A DNA stretch of 64,000 bases, from the NCBI GenBank assembly GCA_034430425.1, contig DAOUEK010000077.1:281-64280 (forward strand), in the 5' to 3' direction. Below the pieces are notes generated by a model. That model did not search any database and was not told where the DNA came from. It worked only from the letters and a program-made list of their open reading frames with translations. This document shows, one piece after another, positions 28,364 to 36,100 of this stretch. Numbering within the stretch: position 1 is the first letter of the stretch; each line of letters starts with the position of its first letter. The DNA is from Anaerolineales bacterium (GTDB lineage Bacteria; Chloroflexota; Anaerolineae; Anaerolineales; E44-bin32). Made by a program: the position numbers and the translations under genes.

Positions 28364-29467
28364 TCAATCACGCTTGCTCGATTCCGGCCAGACTGCTCCA
28401 GCCCGCACGATACCGTTTGCGGGCACATCGGCTTTAACCACCGCACTATTCCCTACCCTCGCCCCGGCACCGATCGAAACGCCTAAATTAATCGTGGCTC
28501 CCATACCGATCAGTGTGCCCGCACCTATTTCGACACTGCCCGCCAGCAGGGCTCCCGGTGCGACATTTGCATACTCGGCAATGCGGCAATCGTGTGAAAC
28601 CACCGCGGCTGTGTTCACGATCGCGCCAAACCCAATCGCCACGTCGCTTCCAACGTAGGCATGCGGAAATACTTGAACGCCCTCCGCCAACTCTGCGCTT
28701 TCCTCGATATAAGCTGTCGGGTGAACCAGTGTTGGAAAGGCATAACCAGCCTCGCGCAGCATCTCGAAAACGCGCACCCGACTCTGCATGTCACCGATAC
28801 CCCCTACAGCGTTGACTGCGTTTTCCACACCACGCTGCTTAAGTGTTTCCAGGATTTCGGTACCGCCCAAAATCGAAACGTCCATCACCTGACTTCCCGA
28901 GGCGAGGCCGTCATCCAACACCCCGATGACCGTATACGTGCCAAGCGTACGGATCAAGTCGATCAACGCTTTCCCGTGTCCGCCGCCGCCGTAGACGATG
29001 AGCGCCTGCGAATCGAATTCCCCTTCCGGGATTTCAAGCAGTCTGGCGCGCTGCGCATGTTTGCGCACCACATCCTCTGTGATCCAGATATCTCGCGGCA
29101 GCAACTTCAAATCCACACCCAACTCTTCGGCCAGGGCGAGGGCCGGCTCGGTGATACGCTTATCGAGATCGACCTGTTTAATATTCGAGGCCGCTTTCGT
29201 CTTCTTGGGCGGTTTCCATTTCCGATCGTCAGCCAACCAGCAAAACACCTCTCCCGCCACAAGGCGATCGCCCACGTCCGCCTGGATGCCAGCAACATAG
29301 CCGCTCTGTTCGGCCACTACATCGGCCGTTGATTTCGTGGTCTCCAAGGTGCAGATCAGATCACCCGCCGAGATCGAGGCGCCTTCCGAAACATGGACCG
29401 CCACGAGCTGCGCTTCACGTTCGTTGGGATTCAACAACGGCACGCGCACCTCAACTGCAGTAGACAT
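28364..29467 (-). CDS. chimeric lipoyl-domain / peripheral-subunit-binding-domain / PglD-NeuD-type sugar N-acyltransferase
   Basis: Residues 4-79 form a lipoyl/biotinyl fold with LETTKST (K45). Residues 80-100 form a K/P/A linker. Residues 103-137 are E3_binding-like (ITEPALALAEELGVDLKLLP...ITEDVV). Residues 155-360 are NeuD/PglD-like (LIVYGGGGHGKALIDLI, catalytic-His context VVSHDCRI, hexapeptide repeats). Confidence 0.8.
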   Translation of the reverse strand: MSTAVEVRVPLLNPNEREAQLVAVHVSEGASISAGDLICTLETTKSTADVVAEQSGYVAGIQADVGDRLVAGEVFCWLADDRKWKPPKKTKAASNIKQVDLDKRITEPALALAEELGVDLKLLPRDIWITEDVVRKHAQRARLLEIPEGEFDSQALIVYGGGGHGKALIDLIRTLGTYTVIGVLDDGLASGSQVMDVSILGGTEILETLKQRGVENAVNAVGGIGDMQSRVRVFEMLREAGYAFPTLVHPTAYIEESAELAEGVQVFPHAYVGSDVAIGFGAIVNTAAVVSHDCRIAEYANVAPGALLAGSVEIGAGTLIGMGATINLGVSIGAGARVGNSAVVKADVPANGIVRAGAVWPESSKRD

Positions 29468-29530
29468 CGTTTTGATCTCTCCATAATGCGAAAAAAGCCA
29501 TGACGTTTCCCGTTTCCCCTGTTCGAAGCC

Positions 29531-30529
29531 TCAAGCGACCAACGCCAGCGCCATATTCATGATCTTCTCGACCGAGGGCAGCACCGCCGCCTCAAGCCGG
29601 ATTGCGGCGGGGATGGGCATCTCGAGTGCACCAATGCGGCCGACCTTTATATTGGACGGTATGTCCTCATGCAGTCGCGCCGACACTTCCGCTCCCCATC
29701 CCATCGTTTGCGAGCCTTCTTCAATTACAAGCACTCGTTTGGTCTGAGATGCGCTCTCATATACCGACTCCAGCTTGAATGGGCTGATCTGTGTCGGTAC
29801 GATCAACTCACAAAATATTTCCTTCTCGTACGCCAAATTACGCATGGCTTCACGTGCAAGCTCCGCCATGTAGCCATAGGCCACCAACGTCAGGTTCGGT
29901 TTCGGTGACCTGTGTAATTGTAGTTGATAATCGGGATAGCCGTTGCCGCGCCGTACGATGCCGAAATCTCCCCTTCCACCCAATGGCAGAATCGCGCTCG
30001 GGTAGAGCAGTTTGTGTTCCACAAACAACACCGGGTCGTCGTCCTCCAGCACCGCGTTGCAGAGCAAGGCACCGGGATCATCCAGAGATGAAACAGCGAC
30101 CACACGCAAGCCGGCCGCCCCCAAGAAGTGCTTTTCCAAACTCTGGCTGTGTGTCGGACCATAACCACGACCGCCACCCATGGGAGTACGCACCACGAGA
30201 GGAAGGCGAGTCGCCTCGCCGCTCATCCAACGGATTTTTGCTGCGTGATTGATCAATTGATCGGCCGCCAGGATAATGAAATCCCCGAACATGATTTCAA
30301 CCACAGGGCGCAATCCCCGCAGTGCCATTCCGATCCCCACACCCACAATACCCGCTTCCGAGACCGGCGTCGTAATCACGCGATCTGAGAACTGCGTCGA
30401 CAACCCATTCGCCACCTTGAAGGCACCGCCGTAGGGATCGAGTATATCCTCACCTAAAAAGTAGACCTCAGGCGACTCCTGTAAGCAAGCGACGAGTGCC
30501 TCGTTCAAGGATTCCCGCACAGTCGTCAT
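29531..30529 (-). CDS. 2-oxoacid dehydrogenase E1 component beta subunit (transketolase-like)
   Basis: Typical E1-beta layout: N-terminal pyrimidine-binding domain (FLGEDILDPYGGAFKV, PVSEAGIVGVGIGMAL) and a C-terminal transketolase domain. Confidence 0.9.
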   Translation of the reverse strand: MTTVRESLNEALVACLQESPEVYFLGEDILDPYGGAFKVANGLSTQFSDRVITTPVSEAGIVGVGIGMALRGLRPVVEIMFGDFIILAADQLINHAAKIRWMSGEATRLPLVVRTPMGGGRGYGPTHSQSLEKHFLGAAGLRVVAVSSLDDPGALLCNAVLEDDDPVLFVEHKLLYPSAILPLGGRGDFGIVRRGNGYPDYQLQLHRSPKPNLTLVAYGYMAELAREAMRNLAYEKEIFCELIVPTQISPFKLESVYESASQTKRVLVIEEGSQTMGWGAEVSARLHEDIPSNIKVGRIGALEMPIPAAIRLEAAVLPSVEKIMNMALALVA

Positions 30530-31452
30530 GAGGCACCACCCAATGGGAAGGTCAGGGATTGCGGATCGGCTTGTGGATCGCTCTGCGCGTTTGCGTAGGC
30601 CTCGGCGATTTCCTCCGCTACTGCTTTTTCGATATGCTGCCGCTCCTCGTTTTCAATCCCCGCAGCAAGTAATTGCAATGGATCCTGCGCACGGTACTGC
30701 TCGATTTCCTTTGGATCGCGCCCGTCATCCCCTTTCGAATGCGGCGCGAAGCGGTAGGTGTGCAGGATCAATGCGCGCGGTCCTTCGCCAGTGCGGATCG
30801 AGGTCGTATTCTCACGAGCGCACTGCATGATATTAAACACATCACGTGCTTCCAGCTCCATCGCCGAAATTCCAAATGCCTCAAAACGTGCACACATATC
30901 TCCTGCCAAATTTAATTCCACAGGCGTACTTTGTGCATAACGGTTGTTTTCGACGATGAAAAATAATGGCAGATTCCAGAGGGAAGCCATATTTAGAGAT
31001 TCATAAACCACACCTTCACCAAGCGTGCCGTCACCGATGAAGGTGAATACCACAGAATTTCGCCGCTTCGCGGTCTCAGCAAAAGCCATACCAACCGCGA
31101 TCGGCACCGTACCGCCGAGGATGCCGTTGGCAAAAAAGTCCTGCCATTTGATATGCTGACTCCCCCCCCTGCCGCCGCATATCCCCGTCTCGCGACCGAG
31201 CAGTTCTGCGGCCAATGCGTGCATCGAACCACCGTAGGCCAGAAAATGCCCATGGCAGCGATGGTTGCTGACAACGAGGTCCCCTTCTTGCATGGCCGTC
31301 AGGACACCCACGGCATTGGCCTCTTGACCGATGTAAGTGTGTGTCGTTCCGTAAATCTGACCACTTGGAAATAAATCAAGCAGCCTTTCTTCGAAAAGGC
31401 GGATGCGCAGCATCTTTCGATACAGGTCAACGTGGTTTGGGGAGGGTTCCAT
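30526..31452 (-). CDS. TPP-dependent 2-oxoacid dehydrogenase E1 component alpha subunit
   Basis: NHRCHGHFLA, GRGGSQH, TPP motif GDGTLGEG...ENNRYAQST, YRFAPHSKGDD. ATGA overlap with E1 beta. Confidence 0.9.
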   Translation of the reverse strand: MEPSPNHVDLYRKMLRIRLFEERLLDLFPSGQIYGTTHTYIGQEANAVGVLTAMQEGDLVVSNHRCHGHFLAYGGSMHALAAELLGRETGICGGRGGSQHIKWQDFFANGILGGTVPIAVGMAFAETAKRRNSVVFTFIGDGTLGEGVVYESLNMASLWNLPLFFIVENNRYAQSTPVELNLAGDMCARFEAFGISAMELEARDVFNIMQCARENTTSIRTGEGPRALILHTYRFAPHSKGDDGRDPKEIEQYRAQDPLQLLAAGIENEERQHIEKAVAEEIAEAYANAQSDPQADPQSLTFPLGGAS

Positions 31453-31478
31453 TATTCAAAAGCGCTTCTTTCCAGTCT

Positions 31479-31519
31479 GTGTTACTCTGGACGGATCGGG
31501 ACCAGAGACATGATAACAC
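31479..31519 (-). promoter_or_regulatory. interrupted inverted repeat in the leader of the E1 operon
   Basis: GTGTTA-CTCTGG (31479-31490) against CCAGAG-(ACATGA)-TAACAC (31502-31519). It lies between the upstream terminator and the E1-alpha start. Confidence 0.3.
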
Positions 31520-31532
31520 AAGCTCTTGTTGG

Positions 31533-31568
31533 AAAAAACAATAAGCCGCCCAAGTAAATGGACGGCTT
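31533..31568 (-). terminator. rho-independent terminator after the small basic protein gene
   Basis: On the minus strand, AAGCCG-loop-CGGCTT is followed by ATTGTTTTTT. Confidence 0.75.
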
Positions 31569-31601
31569 CGAAAATGATATTCTCAACGCCGATGAAAAGA
31601 C

Positions 31602-31784
31602 TTACATATTCATCTTTCCGAAATCTGCTTTAACAATACGCCAGGCTTCGTGGCTTCCCCCGGGAGCACGAGCAACTGCGAAATAGCGTGTCTTGCCTTT
31701 GGACTCCTTGGCCTCGATCCTCCAGTCTGCGCTTGTGAACTTCGACTTCGCCTTGATATCATAAAACTCAAGTGGTTCCTTCAC
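31602..31784 (-). CDS. small (60 aa) basic hypothetical protein
   Basis: GTG start at 31784 lies 6 nt after a strong SD, GAGGAGG. Sequence VKEPLEFYDIKAKSKFTSADWRIEAKESKGKTRYFAVARAPGGSHEAWRIVKADFGKMNM is Lys/Arg-rich and looks beta-rich. It has its own terminator. Confidence 0.55.
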   Translation of the reverse strand: MKEPLEFYDIKAKSKFTSADWRIEAKESKGKTRYFAVARAPGGSHEAWRIVKADFGKMNM

Positions 31785-31963
31785 TGTCCGCCTCCTCTGC
31801 AGAATGATTGTGCCGAAAATGCCCGCACACAGTCCTATCTTATCCTCTCTACGCTTACCCCACAAGTCAGACTTTTGTACGCCTATATCTACAACCAACT
31901 ATCAGGCACTATTTTACCTGCTTAATGGCTTACTGTGAGATAGGCCAACAATGGTGTTTAACA

Positions 31964-32599
31964 TCATCCGCCATCCTGCTTTCCCATGAATTCCTCTGCG
32001 GTTGCATGCCCAGGTTGGCTGATCCCTTCACGTTTGATCACTTTCCAGAAATTAAGCAGCAGGATCTTCATGTCAAGCCGCAGCGACCAATGATCCACGT
32101 ACCAGACATCACGTTCAAATTTCTCCGCCCAGGAAATCACGTTACGTCCACCAATCTGTGCCCAACCGGTGATCCCCGGAAGCACATCATGCCTGCGCGC
32201 TTGTTCCGGAGAATAACGCTCGAGGTACTTCATTAATAACGGCCGAGGACCAACGAGACTCATCTCGCCGCGCAAAACGTTGAATAGCCCGGGCAATTCA
32301 TCGATGCTGGATGAACGCAGGAAACGTCCCAATTTGGTGAGTCTGTCTTCATCGGGCAGAAGCGTGCCATTGGCGTCACGCCTATCGATCATCGTCCTGA
32401 ACTTATAGATTTCGAATGGTGCTGCCCGATAGCCCGGTCGTAATTGTCGAAAGAGCACCGGTTTCCCCAATTGCATCCGGATCAACAGCGCCGAAAGCGC
32501 CATAAACGGGCTGATCAGAACCAGGCCAGGCACAGCCAATACCAAGTCGAATATCCGCTTCCGCAATGGGATTCCAGGAATGAACAACGGCATCTTCAT
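31964..32599 (-). CDS. small monotopic polyprenyl-phosphate sugar-phosphate transferase (PglC/WbaP-C-terminal type)
   Basis: Bacterial sugar transferase signature KRIFDLVLA...LFRQLRPG...FEIYKFRTM...IDELPGLFNVLRGEMSLVGPRP. Confidence 0.9.
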   Translation of the reverse strand: MKMPLFIPGIPLRKRIFDLVLAVPGLVLISPFMALSALLIRMQLGKPVLFRQLRPGYRAAPFEIYKFRTMIDRRDANGTLLPDEDRLTKLGRFLRSSSIDELPGLFNVLRGEMSLVGPRPLLMKYLERYSPEQARRHDVLPGITGWAQIGGRNVISWAEKFERDVWYVDHWSLRLDMKILLLNFWKVIKREGISQPGHATAEEFMGKQDGG

Positions 32600-32665
32600 A
32601 CAGGAATTAACCCCGCAGCCAAACACAAAGAATCGAGCACACACCCGTACGGCACTGGCTGGTAT

Positions 32666-33895
32666 TTATTTATCAATTTGATCTGCAACCTGGATAAGTT
32701 CTTCCATTACCGCTTGCATCCTGCCGGCCAGAATATTTCGATCGAATCGTTCCACGGCACATTTACGTCCAGCGCTGCCCATGCGCGCACACAGATCCGG
32801 GTCGGTTTGAAGGATTTTCACAGCCCCTGCCAGTGCTTGTGGGTATCCCGGTCGCACGAAAATCCCGGCACCTGCTTCTTCCACCACAGACCTTATCACG
32901 CCATCAATGACCAGCAAGATCGGACGTCCGGCGGCCAAATAATCGAAGACCTTGTTGGGATAGGTGGTTTTATATGCCGCGATGGGTTTTAGGATGGCGA
33001 TGCATGCATCCGCAGCAGCCAGCGCCATGGCGATATTGTTCTTCGACGTCGGTGGCAGAAAATAGACATTGGAAAGCTTCAACGCCGCCGTTTTCCTCAT
33101 CAGTGCACTTTTTTCTTTTCCATCACCGATCAAAACGAAGGCCAGTTTCTTTTGATCCCGCAAACGGTCAGCCGCCTCGATGACCACACCGAGATCGTTG
33201 GACATGCCATGCGCTCCCGCATACATCACTACGAATACTCCCTCGAGATCATGTGCCTGACGGAACGCTGCGCCCTTATCCGTCGGATCAAACATGGACA
33301 CGTCCACACCGTTAGGAACCAGGGCAACACGGCGTGCCCCTCGCTCGCGGACATGGCCTTCATAACCCGGCGAGTTGATCACCACTAGATCTGCGGCGAA
33401 ATACAAAAACCGCTCAAACCATCGGGCCAGCTGAATCAACACCCGATTCCGCAGTACACCTACTGCAACCGCAAAATAAGGCCATAAATCACGCACTTCA
33501 AATAGAAACGGCTTTCTCTTCAAACGCGCCAAAGCCCACGCCGCCAAACCCTGAAAGATGGGTGGTGAAGTCCCCCAAACCAGATCCACCTCACGAACAC
33601 GCAATCCGATGAAAAACGATGAGATCGTGAAGCTGAGGAAACTCAGGATGCGGTGAAAAAAGGAGCGGTGCCAGGCCGCATAGGTATAGCAGCGATAAAT
33701 CACGACACCGTGATCATCTGTTTCCGTTTTTACCCAGCCGCTCGCGGTACGTTCTCCGGTGAGGTAATTGACCTGCCCGGTAATCACGGTAACGCGGTGT
33801 CCCTGGGATGCCAGATAGCGCGCCATTTCATGGTGGCGCGTCCCGCCTGGCTCACCCAGCGCGGCGAATACTTGATGGATCAGCAGAATATGCAT
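32666..33895 (-). CDS. glycosyltransferase family 4 (WbuB-like)
   Basis: MHILLIHQVFAALGEPGGTRHHEMARYL N-terminus is typical of WbuB-type GT4. Start moved to the ATG at 33895. Overlaps the upstream gene by 44 nt. Confidence 0.85.
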   Translation of the reverse strand: MHILLIHQVFAALGEPGGTRHHEMARYLASQGHRVTVITGQVNYLTGERTASGWVKTETDDHGVVIYRCYTYAAWHRSFFHRILSFLSFTISSFFIGLRVREVDLVWGTSPPIFQGLAAWALARLKRKPFLFEVRDLWPYFAVAVGVLRNRVLIQLARWFERFLYFAADLVVINSPGYEGHVRERGARRVALVPNGVDVSMFDPTDKGAAFRQAHDLEGVFVVMYAGAHGMSNDLGVVIEAADRLRDQKKLAFVLIGDGKEKSALMRKTAALKLSNVYFLPPTSKNNIAMALAAADACIAILKPIAAYKTTYPNKVFDYLAAGRPILLVIDGVIRSVVEEAGAGIFVRPGYPQALAGAVKILQTDPDLCARMGSAGRKCAVERFDRNILAGRMQAVMEELIQVADQIDK

Positions 33896-36092
33896 TGTTA
33901 ATTTCCAGGTATTGTCTCTGCCACCGAAGAGAAGAAACGGGTGTGAGTGCTTGCCCGGGATCGCTCCACTCGATCTCCACTTCATCTTTGTTAACACCGG
34001 CCAATTGCCACCAGGTGCATCGGCGGACCGGTAAAGTTGCCTCACTTCGAGTTACATAGCGAAGGCAGGGCGCTTTAACTCCATATTTATTCGAGCGCCA
34101 ACCGACGATCTCAGGATCAGGAACGACTTCATCGCCGTACTCCAATACGCCGGCTCGATAAAGTCCGACTCGCCCAACACTCCCTTCCAGTCTCATCTCG
34201 ATATTGGACGCACCCATTTCAAGCGAGAGACCGGTATCCATTGGTTTCCACGCATAATCGGGCATCGTCCAGCCAATGGATGTGTTGTGTACACCCTCTC
34301 CAAGCAGATCATCCACGACCAGCCACAAATCCTCTCCCAGCCTGGCTACCGAACGACGATGGATCACACCAAGCGACCGGTAGCCATAATGCTCTCCCGT
34401 GAGCATCTCGATTTCACCATTTTGCGTACACCAGCGCCCCAGGAGTCTACCCTGCGCCCAGTCGACCCATAAAAATCTGCCCGCTCGATGCATGGGATCC
34501 TGGTCGTCGATCAGGACGGTGTTGTGAAACGCAGCTCCGACCCAGGGATTATCCCAGGGTGGTTTCCCATTATACAGGTACGTACCCGGATCACAGGCAA
34601 TGTTATTCCCTTGCCACCACAGATCGAAATGCAGTTGATCCGAGTGCCCCGGCCGGGATCGAAAATGGGCGCAGCGCAGTATCCCCCAGGTCTTTTCCCC
34701 GCAAAGGAGATAAAATCCGCTGTCTGAAAAGTGATCGCGGGATTCAACATCCTGCTTATAACTCTCAGCTTCCTTCTTCTGACGAGTCGCTCTTTGTTCT
34801 CGAGTAGTGTCCCCTGATACTCCGGGACTCACACCAAACCAGAGCAGTTCTTCATCCCGGGGACCACTCGGGAAAGGCCTGGTTTCTCCGAAAACCAACG
34901 CGGCCGCCTGACCCGTCGGACGGTGGTCTTCGAACGCACAAGTGCTCAGTGGAAAGATCAGCGCGCCGTCATTCGGACCCATGTTGGGTACTTCTCCGCA
35001 TTCCCGATCGATCATTGCGGTGTACCAGCGGGTGCAGTGGCGCAGCGCCTGAAACGACGCAGGGGATAATGGTTCGCCATTGACCTGCGCCAACCGGGCA
35101 GACCACAGCGCCGTTTGAAGTGCCAGGCGATGGTAATTGGTCGAATGCTGCACGTAACCACCGTCGGTGAAGATTTGATGGCGCAGGGATTTTTCCAGCC
35201 AACGCCGGCCCACCCGGCGCCAAACTTTCGCTTTGCGGAATTCCGGGAACAACAAACCCACACTATAAAGCCCCACCGCCTCGACCAGCAAATGATTGTT
35301 CCCCTGTGATCGAGCGTAGAGCAGCGTCGGCGGAATCCGCGCCGCGTGTACGGCGATCAACTGTGCGATCTCACACAGCTTTTCTGGCGAGTCGGCAACT
35401 CGATGAAAAGTAATCTGCAAAGCAAAAATCATCGCCAGTATGCGAATCGCCACTTCTTGCGCCGAAATCCAATGCGGCCCGGTGTTGGGCGGGTTGCTCT
35501 TTCGCCAGGAATTAATCAAGTGCCAAATGGCATCGGCGTAACGCACATCGTCGGTTAAAACGTACGCCCTGGCCAGCGGGAACACCCATCCGAAACGTGC
35601 CGGTTCCCACAGCAGTTTAATATCTTGCGGATAATCCTTCTCGTTGCAGGCTGTCCAATGTGTACCCAGAGAAACGGAAGCGCTTGCCGGATTGCCTGGT
35701 GAGGATGCAAACTTCTCCCAATCCGGCGGAAACCCCAAATCGTAGTTATCCGTGCCGAACAATCGAAATCGACCTGCCAGAATCGCATCCGCCTGTGCAA
35801 TAACTGCTTCTTCCTGCTGCCCGATGATCTCCTTCAACACCCGAGCGAACTCAGGATCAGGGTCGAGGAAAAAAAGCTTTCCGCTCCGTTTGCGAATTTC
35901 CAGGTAGTCATCGGGATCACCCGAAGTACCCGGCTGAAGCCAGGAGGCAAGAGGGACATCCTGCCAGGCCTGTTGCGGCGTCCGCCAGCGAAACCATCCC
36001 AAACGCAAGAGTACTTGGTAGATCCCATAGAGGATCATGGACCTGGGGCCAAGTTCACCAACCGCACGCAGAATGGTTTTTATCGATGCCAT
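33852..36092 (-). CDS. heparinase II/III-like (polysaccharide-lyase fold) protein
   Basis: 746 aa. The central region with NHLLVEAVGLY...GGYVQHSTNYHRLAL and the C-terminal HSDQLHFDLWWQG match the heparinase II/III / alginate-lyase family pattern. Confidence 0.75.
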   Translation of the reverse strand: MASIKTILRAVGELGPRSMILYGIYQVLLRLGWFRWRTPQQAWQDVPLASWLQPGTSGDPDDYLEIRKRSGKLFFLDPDPEFARVLKEIIGQQEEAVIAQADAILAGRFRLFGTDNYDLGFPPDWEKFASSPGNPASASVSLGTHWTACNEKDYPQDIKLLWEPARFGWVFPLARAYVLTDDVRYADAIWHLINSWRKSNPPNTGPHWISAQEVAIRILAMIFALQITFHRVADSPEKLCEIAQLIAVHAARIPPTLLYARSQGNNHLLVEAVGLYSVGLLFPEFRKAKVWRRVGRRWLEKSLRHQIFTDGGYVQHSTNYHRLALQTALWSARLAQVNGEPLSPASFQALRHCTRWYTAMIDRECGEVPNMGPNDGALIFPLSTCAFEDHRPTGQAAALVFGETRPFPSGPRDEELLWFGVSPGVSGDTTREQRATRQKKEAESYKQDVESRDHFSDSGFYLLCGEKTWGILRCAHFRSRPGHSDQLHFDLWWQGNNIACDPGTYLYNGKPPWDNPWVGAAFHNTVLIDDQDPMHRAGRFLWVDWAQGRLLGRWCTQNGEIEMLTGEHYGYRSLGVIHRRSVARLGEDLWLVVDDLLGEGVHNTSIGWTMPDYAWKPMDTGLSLEMGASNIEMRLEGSVGRVGLYRAGVLEYGDEVVPDPEIVGWRSNKYGVKAPCLRYVTRSEATLPVRRCTWWQLAGVNKDEVEIEWSDPGQALTPVSSLRWQRQYLEINNAYSADPSSIRRAG

Positions 36093-36100
36093 TACGATCT

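Noticed and set aside
28661-29332. 223-aa plus-strand ORF opposite the lipoyl-PSBD-PglD gene.
   Set aside because: It is an antisense shadow. The minus-strand frame has three clear domain signatures.
29531-31452. Reading the E1 alpha/beta genes as an ordinary central-metabolism pyruvate or acetoin dehydrogenase.
   Set aside because: No canonical E2 core or E3 is adjacent. The only lipoyl protein in the unit ends in a sugar N-acyltransferase, and the unit sits inside a glycan locus with a DegT gene. A housekeeping role cannot be excluded without the rest of the genome.
33896-34045. 50-codon N-terminal extension of the WbuB-like GT4 ORF.
   Set aside because: It lies inside the heparinase-like gene. 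The conserved GT4 N-terminus (MHILLIHQ...) begins at the ATG at 33895.
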